A stretch of 63,973 nucleotides of DNA, filler included, from Reticulomyxa filosa (GCA_000512085.1; 14 parts of 14 records of this genome joined end to end with filler, not necessarily neighbours in it), one strand, 5' to 3'; counted from the whole stretch's first letter, positions 12,677 through 26,445 are shown. Notes: generated from the sequence alone by a model not told the origin. A program made the numbers and translations.

Positions 12677-13065
12677 CAACAACCAACACTTTGGTATATT
12701 GACAAATACAATGCCCAAAATTCCGTCGGGTTTTCTTAGCCTTTTGCTTTATGTGTTTCAAACTTTTTTTTTTTTTAGTCCTCTCCGAAAAAATCTCTAA
12801 CTTGGTCAATCATGACTTTTTGCAAATACATATTATTGTTTTCCTTGCATTTTTAGAAGCAAACAACATCTTTAAACGCGCAAAACGCTACCGTCAAATT
12901 TGAAAGTGTTATACTTGCAAACGCTTTTTGGAAGTCTTAGCGACACTTTTTCTTTCATGAATAAAATGTTTATTGCTTTTCTGATGGTAGTAAGATTGTT
13001 TACCAGTAACACAGCAAAAAAAGGAGGGGACGTCTAGGAGAAGAGAAAAAAACTGAGCATTAATT

Positions 13066-14238
13066 ATGGAAGATAAAACCCGAAAACAGCGGCTGGCAAC
13101 AAATGGAGCACCAATTGTAAGCCCTTTTGTATTCATTTTTGTTGTTATTGGCAGATAATTATTGAAGCGCTACTTTCAACGTAACGACAACACAACAAAA
13201 AACTCCCCCTCCTGAAATAGTACAATGTTGTCTTATTAGGGACTGGTGCCGTTGGGAAAAGTGCAGTTACATTGCGAATTGTGAAAGACAAATTTGATGC
13301 CAGTTATGACCCAACAATTGAAGGTATGTTGTATTCAAATAATCATCCTGGAAGGAAGGGGGTATCAGAAGGGAGAGGGAAAAAAAAAGCAAAAAGTAAA
13401 TATGCAATATATTTAACATTAAAAATGGGGGTGTGGAAATATAGACAGCTACACGTAAGTAACTTCATTTATTCGCGGATATGTCAGATAGTAGTGGAGC
13501 TCTCTTTAAAACAGATTTTTAATGTCCGAAAGGGGTTTTTTTTCCAAACGAATGAGCCAAAAAAAAAAAAAGAGAATAAATGAAAATTAAAAAACAGTAA
13601 AGCCATAGAAGTCGACAGTGAAACAACAGTATTGGAAATACTTGATACTGCCGGACAAGAACAATTTCTGGCGTTGCAAGAAAACTGTTTGTAATGTTTT
13701 TTTTTATTATCATTATTTTGTATGCGTTTGCTTTCTTTTACAAAATTGCAACTTTGCGCATTCACGCATGTTGAAAGAAATAAATAATACCCATTAATGA
13801 TACTATCAATACTTTATATAAATAAATAAATAAATAAACAAACAAACAAACAAACAAACAAAAAAAGGGATCAAACAAGGATTAGCATTTTTTATAGTGT
13901 ATTCGATCGATTCTGAGCTGTCTTTTAAGGGAGCGCAGGACATTTACAATAAGATACAACAGGTGAAAGACGACAAAGAACATTATATTGTATTGTTTGC
14001 CAATAAACTTGACTTGGGTGACGCGAAACGCGAAGTTCAAACTCGACAGGGACAAGACTTGGCCAAGTCTTGGAACGTCCCTTTCTTTGAAGGGTCGGCT
14101 CTTACATCAACTAATATCACTGAGGCGTTCAATGAAATTGTCAGACTCTGTCGAAATGGAAAATCAGATCCTAATGACAACAAAACAAAAGGAGGAAAAG
14201 GCAATGCAAATTCAGGAGGTTGTTGTTTGATACTGTGA
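13066..14238 (+). CDS. ras-like: Ras/Rap-family small GTPase, 5 exons (13066-13116, 13221-13323, 13445-13454, 13598-13686, 13868-14238)
   Basis: G1 GTGAVGKS, effector YDPTIEDSY, G3 DTAGQE, G4 NKLD, G5 SAL and C-terminal CCLIL CaaX; exon phases join with GT-AG introns. Confidence 0.93.
13818..13862. repeat. Intronic (TAAA)n(CAAA)n tetranucleotide repeat abutting a splice acceptor
   Basis: Visible in sequence. Confidence 0.9.
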
Positions 14239-17060
14239 TCCCAACAAAAATGTTTCACCAAAAGTTAATCCAGCTAAACTTTTGATGTGTATGAAATTTG
14301 AAGAGAAAAACGAAGGGAGGGCTATTGGACTTTCTGTTTTTTAATTTTTTTTTCTTTTTAATAATTTTGTGTTGCCAGTGATGGTTGTCGATCTGATGAG
14401 ATCTTCTTTTTCTCTTTTGTTCAATATCTTTTTAAAAACAAAAAAAGAAAATAATAACCAGAGCTTTATCACTCCAAAAGTACTGTTTGGCAGTGAATGA
14501 TTGACAGAAACGCCACTCATTGTTATCAGCACATGAAAGAATCCTTTTTTTTTGTATACCTTCATCCACACTTGAATATTTTATTGCCTTAATTCCAAAT
14601 AAATCAAATCGTTAGAAAATTACATTAGCAAATATCAAATAGCTTTTTCATTATTTGTGGATAGCAACTTCGTACATTTGCCCGAGAGCAACGATGTGTC
14701 TTGTAAATTAATTGACCTTTACTTTTTTTCAACGATGCTCTCAAAACATGATGAATTCTTTTCCTTGTTTCATCTTTTTGTTAAATACATTCGATTATCA
14801 ATTTGAAAAATTGAGAAAAGTAAGCAACAAACTTTCTGTCATCATCGTACTTTGCTTTGTGATTATATCTTTTCTCAAATCGACCATTTCTTGCATTAAT
14901 GAAAAACAAATAAATATTACTGTAATAAAATGGCATTAAATTTATAGCTTTTTATTCGTAAAAATTGTCAGGAAAAAAAGTGTATTGCATGTACACGTTA
15001 TGTAATGGTATATAATATATTATTTTTGATACTTATTTTAGGAAAATTTCGAATACAATATTTGACAAACGCAGATTCTTTCAAAAATTATTATTTGCAA
15101 TGAAGTTAAATGAACCAAAAAATAATAAATTTCAGCATATATAGTTTCGTTATCAATAATATTTCGTTTCTTTTTATCCAAATTATCAAATTGCATTAAA
15201 TAATTGAAATGTACATAATTTTATACTAAATGTTAAGGTTCCGAAATGAGCACGTGATTGACACATTTTTTTACAAATTATCTTTTGAAGCTAAGTGTAT
15301 ACTTCGTCAAAAAATTAAAATACATTTATAAGAAAGAATAATATTTTTTTTTAAATAATATTTATAACGTTTCCATTGTAAAATTCGCCAAATAACCAAA
15401 CAGTTATTACTCAAAGTTAGCAAGTGACGATGTTAAGTGTTGAGTATGGCAACCAAAGAACATCAAAACATTTTATGGTTTTTTTAACTTTCTTTTAGCA
15501 AAAGAAGAGTTCCTCATGTTGGACAGTGCTTGAGAAAAAGCTTTCTGTAAAATATATTACAACAGGTTTATTGCTTTTGTTCGAATAGAACATCTTACAT
15601 CTTATCAACAGTGTCTCACCATCAACTAAGTTTGTGAATGGCTCAACATTGGACAATTGGGACAATTGTCAAAAGTATCTTATAAAGATATAATTTTTTA
15701 CTCCGATTTGTCGAATTTTTGGAATAATCCAATTTTTTCGGACTAAGATATTCAAGAATTTTTTTTTAATATACAAATAGTACTCGATATTGATACGTTG
15801 CTTTAGCAAATAATTTCGTACAGATTTTTCTTATCAATACAAATTAAATGTTTAAACATGTGCTTTTTTTTGTGTCCGAAAACGTGGGGCAAAAAAACAT
15901 GTTTGAAACATGGAAACAATAAGGTTTTGAGATGAAATTTTACCAATGTGGATACATCAGGTTTTGCGTTTTAACTTGAAGAGATCTTCTATTTTGCTTT
16001 AAGCAGGGGTAACTTTTGTCTTAGAAAGGGAATTATTAGAGATTGAGTGGATACAGTTTTGATACAATCGCAAATATTTTGCATTTGTGTAGTCTATTAG
16101 AAAATATTTCAATTGAGTTCAAATAACACAATACATATGTTTTCGCTTCTTGAAAATTCCAAGGACGTGACAAGCAAGTAAATCAATAAGATTTTAAACA
16201 TAGAATGACAATATTGCCTCGTTATTCTGGAACCCGGTTTGAATGCAGTGATTTGGATTAAGACAATACATGTAAACTTTTGAGAATTAACTTTATAAAG
16301 TTTCTATTGAGGAATTTTCTCAAACAAAAAGCAATCTCATTATTTTTCCTTCTATTTTATTCAAATAGAACTTAAATATATACTATTGACATCGTGGGAT
16401 GCACAAAAATTGAAATAAAGATTTCAACTTTTTATATGTCAATTAATATTTTTATATGTTCTTATTTTCTCAAAGATGAAACAATATCGCTGTACACAAA
16501 AAATTAAAATAATATCAAAAAAATAAAAATATTCTGACCACTTGTTGCTTTTTAATGAAAATGACTTATTAAAAACAAATATAAAATTTGCATAATAATG
16601 TAAGATGCAATAAAAATACACAAAAAAACATTGAAAGCCAAAAAAAAAAATTCAAAAATTTAACACAGAAAAGGAAAACTATAATCAATATCAAAAAAAT
16701 AAACGTTTACGATTAAATAAAATCACGTCTAAAATATAAACTTTATGTCCATTCAATTAAAAANNNNNNNNNNNNNNNNNNNNNNNNNNNNNNNNNNNNN
16801 NNNNNNNTTAATTAATTAANNNNNNNNNNNNNNNNNNNNNNNNNNNNNNNNNNNNNNNNNNNNTTCGGCCATTCATGAGAAATATTGTGTTAAATTACTT
16901 GAGATAATACAGAAAATAGAATCATGTTCCTTCTCACTCCGAAAATCAGTACTTTTAAAATTTTAATCAAAAACTTATTTTTATTAGACAGATGTCAGTA
17001 CTGTTTATATAATATACACATAAATAACTGATAATTATACAATTCACATTTTCAAATAGG

Positions 17061-17901
17061 TAAGAGATTTTGAATTGCTAATGGTTTTACAAGCACATAG
17101 TAATGCAGTAAGCAGTGTAAGATTTTCTGCAGATGGTTGCAAGATTGTTTCAGCATCATATGATCGCACTATTCGAATATGGGATGCTGCATCAGGAAAA
17201 CAGCTTCAAACTTTCAGAGGGATCTTTACTGCAAGATTTTCACCAGATGGAACAATTCGATTATGGGATATTAATACGGGAAATGAAGTAATGAAATTAA
17301 AAAATGATTCCAATGAAATATGGGATGTAAACTTTTCTCCAGGTGGAAAATATGTTGTATCAGGTTTGCAAGATAATACAGTACGATTATGGGATGTGCA
17401 ATCTGGAATAGAAATAAAACTATTATTAGGACATTCAAAAGCTGTATTGAGTACACAATTTTCATCAGATGGTAAAATGATTGTGTCATCATCAAGTGAT
17501 AAAACAATTAATTTGTGGAATGTAGAATCTGGTGAAAGATTGAAACAATTCAAAGGGCATTCTAATGATGTAACAAGTGTAAAATTTTCTCCAGATGATA
17601 AATTTATTATTTCCTGCTCATTGGATAATACAATTCGAATATGGAATATTGAAACTGGAAGAGAGTGGAAAATACTAATAGAGCATTCAAACCACGTAAA
17701 TGATGTAAAATATTTTCCAGATGGTCGAGCAATTGTATCATGTTCAAGTGATAATACAATTAGATTATGGAACTAGAATTAGGGAAGAGAATACAAATAT
17801 TGGAAGTACATTCTCAATCTGTGAGATCTGTGGATGTCTCTCAAAATGGAAATACAATTGCATCAGGTTCTGATGATTGTAAAATTCGAATTTGGGGATG
17901 A
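17061..17901 (+). pseudogene. WD40-repeat gene with frameshift (~17772) and internal deletions
   Basis: Repeated GH...V..V.FS.DG..IVS.S.D.TIR.WD units. The last repeat continues in another frame to IRIWG*. The second repeat is collapsed (TFRGIFTARFSPDGTIRLWD). Confidence 0.75.
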
Positions 17902-18357
17902 TTAAGATTCACACAAATAAATAATTTTTTTTATTGAATAAAATTTTCTAAAGTGAAGCTTAGTAAAAAAAAATACATTATTTATTATTCTTAATTTTTT
18001 ATGTTTTAATACTTAAATCATTTTTTTTTCAAAACAAATTCTCTATAATTTGATTTGACATCATTACAACAATTTTTTTTTCCTAATTTCTTCAAAACAA
18101 TATTTTTCTTGAAAAAGATAATTGTATCAAACAAGAGTTGCTCAATTATCGGGCAGATATTGAAATGATGAAAAAATATTTCAATAAAATATTTAATTGG
18201 AAGGAAGATTTTAGTATAGAGTCAAAAGTAGATATTTCAAATTTTTAAATTGTATGCCACAAAATCAATTGGTGAAGTGGGATACTTATTAATTGAAAAA
18301 TACATATCTCTCTTTGTTTTTTAAGCCAAAATTCAAAAAACTTCATTTCGTATGTAT

Positions 18358-18710
18358 TCATCCCCAAATATGAATTGAACCTTTGTGTGAGCCATAACAT
18401 AAACCAATATCACAATCATTCAATTTTTGCTCATTATTCTTTCTTTTTGTCTTCAGTGGTATCAATTTAAAATGATATATTCCTTTATCTTCCTCATTTC
18501 CTTTAATTATGTGTAATTCCCTGTCATTTGATCGAATATCCCAAAAACGAATTGTGTTATCATTTGATCCAGAACATATCACATTTGAATCAATGACTTT
18601 ACTATTATTCTTTATTACAAATGGTGAATATTCAACAGCATATATAGTATTTTTATGTCCATTAAACGCTTGAATTTGTTTACCAGATCGAATATCCCAC
18701 AAACGGACAC
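18358..18710 (-). CDS. WD40-repeat protein, C-terminal part
   Basis: WDIRSGKQIQAFNGHKNTIYAVEYSPF...ICSGSNDNTIRFWDIR...IHIWG. Confidence 0.88.
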
Positions 18711-19521
18711 NNNNNNNNNNNNNNNNNNNNNNNNNNNNNNNNNNNNNNNNNNNNTTAATTAATTAANNNNNNNNNNNNNNNNNNNNNNNNNNNNNNNNNN
18801 NNNNNNNNNNTATTATTATCATCATTATTATTATTGTTATTATTGTTATTTGATATTTCATTTTTGTTGTCCATTACAAAAAAAAAAAAAAAACATCCTT
18901 GGCAACAAACTTTTTGCAAATTTCAACTTTCAATTTGCACTTCTTTAAATATAAATGTGGTATGGTTTTTAGGAGAGAGTGACACACACACACACACACA
19001 GTCTTACCGGCTCTAGATTGCTCAGTGCTCGTCTTTGTCTCTTCAATGCTTGCTTGCTTGTTTAAACCTTTTTTTTTGTCTTCGCATTCCTTTTTTTATC
19101 GTCGCCGCTTTCTTCTTCTCCCGCAAACCAAGCTGTTGCAACGAAGAACACAACATGATTTGCTTTTTATGACGGACAACTTAAAACAGTATAACGCTTA
19201 CTTTCTATTTTATGATCGGCGAGGTCACCTGTAAACAATGTTACTTTCATTTTTAGCCCGATTTTAAATTATTTACTCCCCATCCCCCTTTTAGTTTTGT
19301 GTAAAAAAAAAAATTGTTTTTTCTGAAAGTAATTTTATTGAGATCGTTGAATCAATCATCCTGTTGATCAATAAAGAGCACAAAAAAATCAAATTTTTTT
19401 TCCCTCTTTTTTCTTCTAAACAATCGCAAGTAATTTTTTTGGGTAAAAAAACGCAGGTTGAGTTCCACGGGTAACTTTTGAGCAAGTTCACTCATAGAAT
19501 TGAACAAAATATTCTGAAAAA

Positions 19522-19998
19522 ATGAAATCTGAGTGGGAAGATGCTCTTAGACGTTTTGATATTTGCTTATCTACTATTTCTTTTTCTTATTCTCGATTCT
19601 CTTCTGTGTTTTGTCGACAAACAGACCAAATGTTTGAAAAGTACAAAGACAAATATGGTGAAGACGCGGCATTGGCTCTCTCACATTGCTGGGCAAACAA
19701 ATGGTTTTTAGGTTTGGAAATAAAACATTAAAACAACAGCATAAATAGTTTGAAGTATAAAACAAATAAAATCATTGCTCTCAGGATGCTGCTACACAGA
19801 AAAAGTAATGGAAATAATTGACAGTTGGCCCGCTCCACGGAAAGATGACTTAACAAAATATACCAATGAAAGTAAAAGTGACAATACAAATAATGCCAAC
19901 AATGAAACCAAAACGAACAATACAAACGATACAAACAATGCAAACAATGTAAACGATGCAAACAATGCAAACAATATAAACAATGTAAACGATGCAAA
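19522..19998 (+). CDS. XRN2-binding-domain (XTBD)-like protein with Asn-rich repeat tail; partial
   Basis: Splicing 19712-19784 gives AALALSHCWANKWFLGCCYTEKVMEII, matching the XTBD pattern LS.xWAN..FLGC.Y...VM. The N-terminal exon structure is uncertain. Confidence 0.6.
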
Positions 19999-20154
19999 NN
20001 NNNNNNNNNNNNNNNNNNNNNNNNNNNNNNNNNNNNNNNNNNTTAATTAATTAANNNNNNNNNNNNNNNNNNNNNNNNNNNNNNNNNNNNNNNNNNNNAT
20101 ATATATATATATATATTTATATGTATATAAACTTTTTCTTGTCTTGAAATCATC

Positions 20155-21329
20155 ATTGTGAAAGTATCAACAATGCCAAGAGACGTCACAAGAGGAAATA
20201 TCGGATTATGTCGAGGCCACGAAAACCATATCCAATGAAGTGGTGCTATTGGCCGCTCAGAACTCGCGTCTGGAACAACGTGTCGAAGAACTCCAAGGCG
20301 AGCTGCAACAACGTATACATGAAATCGAGCTGCTCTCACAAGTCAATGTCATTCAAACGAGACAATTGCAACACGGCTCGGTTACTTTGGACCCTCCAGT
20401 TCTCTTCCATATATACATATACATATATTGTATATACATTTATATACATTTATATACATTTATATATGTTTGTGACAGCAAGCAGAATTAGACGATACAT
20501 TGTTTGGATTAAATAACAACCTCAACGTCGATAACCACATCAGTGTCGATAACAACACCTTTGTGCTGTCGCATCTCGAGGACGAAACTAGCGATCATCT
20601 CCATGACCATCCTCACGAATCTGCATTGATGTCATCACGTTAGCTATTTTCTTACATGCAGTCATATGCACGTGCATATGCGTATATATATATATATATG
20701 TATATGTATATATTTATATATATATATTATATATATGTATATGTATATAAGTGAATGTGGCTCCATTGTTTGTCAAATAAAACCAAACTCAAACTCAAAC
20801 TCAAACTTATCAATGATTAGAAAAAGAGGGAGAAAAAGGAGAGCCGATAGACGTAAGCAATGAAAAGCCGCAAAGTCCGAATAACAAGGACTTGGAGACG
20901 ACACCAGGAAAAGGAGTGACGGGAATGGGAGCAGAGACAGTGACAGCGACAGCGACAGCAGCATTGGCGCCAGCGACCGAGGCAAAAGACGAAAAGACGA
21001 CGAAGATGACGGAGAAAGACAAGGAAGACTTTGTGGCGGATGTGATCAAAGAGTACTTGCATTTGTCAGCGTCGTCTGTGAAGATCAAATTCCCGCTGGT
21101 CTCCGCCATATCCAACGAAATGTTGATCGAGCAGACGAGACATTTGCCGTTTTACCAATATCACGACTTTATGGTGCGAATCATGGAAAAGGAAATGAAG
21201 CGTTTGGAAGAAGAGAAAAAAAGAAAATTGGAAGAGACAGAGCGTCAGCGTCGAAGATCGCAAGCGGATTCCACGTTACAAAAGCCTGTCGGTCGTCGTT
21301 CTTTGCTCGGGAATTTCTTCGGTATATAC

Positions 21330-21370
<41 letters not shown>

Positions 21371-22100
21371 GTGACCTCCTCATCTAAACTACACATATAC
21401 ATATATATATGTACATATATATATATGTACATATATATATATGTACATATATGGATAGGGCTTTTTAGTGGAAAAGAACAACCCGAGGCCGGAAAAGAAG
21501 AAGAAACAGACGATGAAGACGACCACAAGACTTCTAGAGGACGTATGAAAGATGCAAGCAGTGCTCCTGGCTCGCCTTTGAAATCATTTGCGAAAAGCAA
21601 GTCGTCCAGCAACATATCGACTCCCAACATTGTGTCATCGCGTCCCACTATGCTCCGCCAAAACTCGGCAGACACGCCTCGTACGGATCGTGTGGTGCAG
21701 ACTGAGCGTGCTCGGCAAAATGCCACCAAGTTGTCGGCACGTGAGAGACTGGACGAAGATAGCAATGAGGAGGACGATGACGAAGAGGACGTCGCTGGCG
21801 ATACACCACATACCAATCGCGATGATAACAACGACTTTGGAACGCTGTTGGATGACGATATCGAGCTGGACTTGGATCAAATCTTGGATGATCATGACCT
21901 GACCGGTGATCTTCCCTCGTCCAAAACTCCTCGTGGAAGAAGCACGTCGCCCGCACGGACCAGAAGTCGCAGCAATGACCGTCTTCCTGCTGGCCAACAT
22001 AAAGGTGCTCACGATCATACAAATACTGATGCCCGAGACACTGCAAGGGGTATGCTTTATCGAGCTTTGTCACGCAAATAATCTGCAATACAAATCCTTG
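20155..22100 (+). CDS. Hypothetical protein, multi-exon, coiled coil plus acidic/Ser-rich tail
   Basis: ORFs 20240-20491, 20892-21371 and 21371-22081 are separated by (TA)n-rich GT-AG introns (e.g. 21323-~21458). Confidence 0.6.
21324..21452. repeat. Intronic (TA)n-type microsatellite; similar tracts at 7536-7593, 20410-20468, 20683-20748 and 61993-62030
   Basis: Visible dinucleotide repeats. Confidence 0.9.
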
Positions 22101-22229
22101 ACGTAGTGTTGTTGTTGTTGTTTTTTTTTTTCCCTGCTTCCATCTCTTTTTTTTTTTTTTTTTGGACTTTGGTAACTTTGGTTTTTTCCGACTCATTGTT
22201 TGGGTTTATTATTTCTTTTTTTTTTCATG

Positions 22230-22269
<40 letters not shown>

Positions 22270-24030
22270 ANNNNNNNNNNNNNNNNNNNNNNNNNNNNNN
22301 NNNNNNNNNNNNNNTTAATTAATTAANNNNNNNNNNNNNNNNNNNNNNNNNNNNNNNNNNNNNNNNNNNNATATTTAAAGTGATTATGTCCCACGCGGGA
22401 TAACAACAGGTAAGTAAGTTTTTCTCTGTACTTGTTTAAAAAATATATCTTAGTATGGTGTGGTTGAATGTTATGGATCAGTTTGGCAATGCGTTCGAGT
22501 GTATGTGGAAGCATCATACGACAAACGGTTCGATGTGGTGAAGATGTTGAAGTGGATAAAGAAAATTAGCAAGCAAAAGGAGAAAAAGATCAATCGTCGA
22601 GTGAGTTGGACTGGAGTGAATAATGGCATGCAATCCAATCATTACCCGAATTCAAGACAGAAAATGGATATTGCCAACACCAGAATAATCAAGAATGAAC
22701 AGATCAACCAAGCAAGAAGGCAGCAGCTTTATCTGAATGTATATATTATTTTTATCATATCTTCAGTTGTTGTGGAATATCTTAGCCAAAACAATGTGAA
22801 CATGATCATTTTATTGTAGGTTTGTAATGAAAGAAAAAAGAAGGTTGTATTAAGTGAAGAATAAGCAAAAATGTAGACTATTAGTATTATGGTATATGGA
22901 TTATAACAGCTGGCAATGAATCGTGCGGGAAATATAAGCTATTGAAAGAGAGTCAAGAAGATAATCTGAACAAAGATGATGACACAATAACTCCATTTCA
23001 TCAATACTTTGAGTGGATATGAATGATATGTGTGGACTTCAAATTATATAACAATATTCAAATTAGCACGCACTAACTTCACTAGATCCACTTCAACTCG
23101 TCAATGCGCATAAATCAATTAAATTGCGGTATATTTTCCACCAAGTTAACACGAAGGCCATATCAATTGTACGTTAGAAATATTTTCGTGTATCTTTTAG
23201 TGTGTCAATGTCGGAAGTCAAATACAGCATAATTGTACTAATACACGTAAAAGGAAGCAACAAATATTTGATCGAATACAAGGACAGTCTCATCCAACAG
23301 TATGGAGTGAACTAGCAAACAAAAGAGGAAAATCATGGATTGAATATCAAAAGATTTTAAATATATATATATGTATATTAAAACATCAATTCTAACCCGT
23401 CCAGCAATAAACCTTTTCGTCCGTGGATCTTCATCACTTTGCCGGCAGACAGCTGCTCGATTTCAACTCAAAGACTTAATTCAGCAGCACAAGCCCAAAG
23501 AGTTGGAAGGAGAATCACAAAACCAATCCGCATGATTTTTATTGTCCTTGAATGATGCAAGCGCAAGATCTTACCTGCTATTTTATTCACTGGCAATTCT
23601 TTGTGTTCTTTCATGTTTGTGTACATTCTTTGGTATCACAAATGTCTTATCTTATACACATAAATAAATAAATAAATATATATTGTTTGAAGAGAAAATC
23701 AATGGCGTAAACATAGATATAAACTATGCGTGTGAATTCTGTTGATTTGTTTGTCTGAAAAAAAAAGCCAGATGAATCCACAACAAATGATGCTTCTTCA
23801 CGACTCTCGCGCACAGACTAAACGACACAGATTGACAACGACCCTATTGGACAGTATCTTTGATCAGATTGTGGATAATACCAACATGTTCGTGTATGTT
23901 GTGTGTTTGCACATATATACATTAGTGACTAAATCAAATAACAAAAACAATAAAAAAAACAAAAACAAAAAACAAAGCAAACAAACGATATGATTGTGAG
24001 AATATAATTATTGTCACTGCAGACATTCTA

Positions 24031-24820
24031 ATGGAGCTCAACTTCTTGCAAGAAAGGAAGGATTTGAAAATGCGAGCATAAGAAGCACATGAAGCCTTGC
24101 AAGTTCGTGAAATATTGAAAATCAGCAAGCAGACATTCCCTTCTGTGCAAGGGCAGTTGCAACGAATTGCAAATGACAAACTTCGTACTATCCCACAAAA
24201 GTGTCTGATTGGAAAAAATATTGATTTGTTATTGGATCAATCTATAAATGGTATGAATTTTCATTCTAGATTACAAACACAAAAACTATAGATCACACCA
24301 TGTTATATCTGTATGCACACTTGAATATATATATATATATTTTTAAAAAATATATATGTATATGAATATCTGTTTTGTTTGAAAAAAAAAATCATAAAAA
24401 CAAAATAATTAGTACAAGTAAGTCCTGAAGTCGATTTCAAGCACAAATTTGATGGAGCAACGCCTGACTTTGGAAATAAGCGCATAATGCCGTCCTCCAA
24501 GATATTATTGACATGTTTGTGATTGCTTTTTTTTTTTTAAATTCCTTTGTTTGAGGTGTTTCAATTGCTTGTTGACACAGCTTGTATTATGATAGATTTG
24601 GAAACATTGCCCGTTGAAGATTACAAATTCCACGACAATTATCTACCAAATTGCCCTCATTCAAGGAATTTTTGGAAAAATGTCCGTTGAATTACTCAAA
24701 ATAAGCGAATTGAGCATGGTCATGGTAATCAGTGAATTAATGGAGCAATCACTCTATTTGACGTTGCAAAGCACATTTCGGATTGTCGTGAAATGTTGTT
24801 TGCCCTATTCGTGGGTGCGG
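24031..24820 (+). pseudogene. Degenerate gene fragment with in-frame stops
   Basis: Protein-like reading MELNFLQERKDLKMRA*EAHEALQVREIL... with an intron-like break and further stops near 24590 and 24690. Confidence 0.35.
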
Positions 24821-24920
24821 NNNNNNNNNNNNNNNNNNNNNNNNNNNNNNNNNNNNNNNNNNNNTTAATTAATTAANNNNNNNNNNNNNNNNNNNNNNNN
24901 NNNNNNNNNNNNNNNNNNNN

Positions 24921-25439
24921 ATGTATCATGGATATCTCCATTCAAACATGAACGTGAAATTTTTGTTTGCAAGATCTAGGATAAATCCTGTTTATGATGA
25001 GAAAGCGCATACAAAACAATATGCATGGAATGCAAAAGTAGAGAGTGAAAATGAATATACACAAATGATATTATTGACATGGACAAGATATGATCAGTAT
25101 ATCCAACAAATTATGCAAATAAGTGCAATGTGGAGTCATACAATTGACTTGAATCTTATCCATGTAATTTTACGAGATGTCCAAGGAAAAATTGATCAAG
25201 CTATTACGCATTTATCGGCCTTTAAAGCATGGAAAATGCGACCAAAAAATAAAAAAAAATATAAAGAAAATATAAATAAATTTATGAGACGACGTTGCAG
25301 CAATAATCAAATCAATTTGTTTTGTATTTATCTTGCAGAAAATAGACTTTCAAGACACACTGAAATTGAAACCGCAATAATGTTTACTATCAACAATTGC
25401 TTACCATTTGTTGAAAAAGACAAAAAGAGAAATAAATAA
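24921..25439 (+). CDS. Hypothetical protein (lineage-specific family style), 5'-truncated
   Basis: 172-aa open ORF with globular composition, ending LPFVEKDK. Confidence 0.6.
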   Translation: MYHGYLHSNMNVKFLFARSRINPVYDEKAHTKQYAWNAKVESENEYTQMILLTWTRYDQYIQQIMQISAMWSHTIDLNLIHVILRDVQGKIDQAITHLSAFKAWKMRPKNKKKYKENINKFMRRRCSNNQINLFCIYLAENRLSRHTEIETAIMFTINNCLPFVEKDKKRNK

Positions 25440-26445
25440 TTTTTAAAATTTGTAAATTTAACATTCATTAAATATCATACGGAAAGATATTCCCTTTGGT
25501 CAAGTCCTGAAAGACAAGTTTTAAAACAGTTCAAAAAGTGCAAAATGAAAAAATTTACCATGCAGTAATATAATACACAAACAAGCTATGATACATATAT
25601 TTAAAGCTCTTTTATTTTAAATTTCTGGAAAACACATTTATTTAAAGAGCTTGAGTATTTCTAAAGTGAGCCCCTAAAAGGACTTGTAATTCAAGGTGGT
25701 GAAATTATCTTCAAACAAACGCTTTCTAAGTAAGTGAAGAAATATTTTAAAATCCTGGGGGCACTGTAAGAAAATTTTGAAGAGACGAAGATTCTCTTGA
25801 CGGGGATAACATAAAACACATAACAACAATTTTTTTTATTAAAAAAACATCAATACTATCCTAAATAATTTTTCAAATTAAAAAAATAACTTCAAAAATT
25901 ACAAATAAAAAGAAACTAATAAATAACACACAGAAAAATTTAAATTTTTAAAAATAGGAAAGATGGATAAAAAACTAAAATTATAAAAAATCTTTGATAG
26001 GTTTTTCGTCAAAAAAAACTATAATTTCATCTTAAATCCTTTGCAATTTGTACAGCTTCAAATTGCTTTTGAAAGAATTTAATTAATTCAACATATAACT
26101 TTTTTAGTTAATTGTCTCATCTCTTGCTAAAGTATATTTGCGTTATTACTTTTTGTCGGTTTCTTGGTCTAAAAATAGGGAAAACTTTTGCAGAGAGTGA
26201 AATGCCGGTATATGTTCAGAAAGGTATGGTATTTGCATCAACATTAATCAATAGAGGAAGTTACACAATCAGATATTAGTTTTCCAAGCCCTTTACCTAT
26301 TATCTATCAATTTTTTTTTTTTTTTTATAGTTAAGTGATCAATGATATATACGTACTAGATAGAGAATGTGTGTTGATATGTATCTGACGCAAAGGCAAT
26401 ATTGATGTACTTGCATTATGCAAAGAAGAAAGAAATACAAAGAGA

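Noticed and set aside
14700-16763. Gene or mobile element in long AT-rich stretch
   Set aside because: No credible ORF, terminal repeats or transposase motifs; at most a faint WD40-like remnant near 16150.
22371-23600. Coding region or transposon
   Set aside because: Only a short ORF with frequent stops around it; no diagnostic motif.
24076-24082. Stop-codon reassignment (TAA read as sense)
   Set aside because: Conserved genes (ARF1, PKG-like, RNF213-like) end in TAA and have no internal in-frame stops; this region looks pseudogenic.
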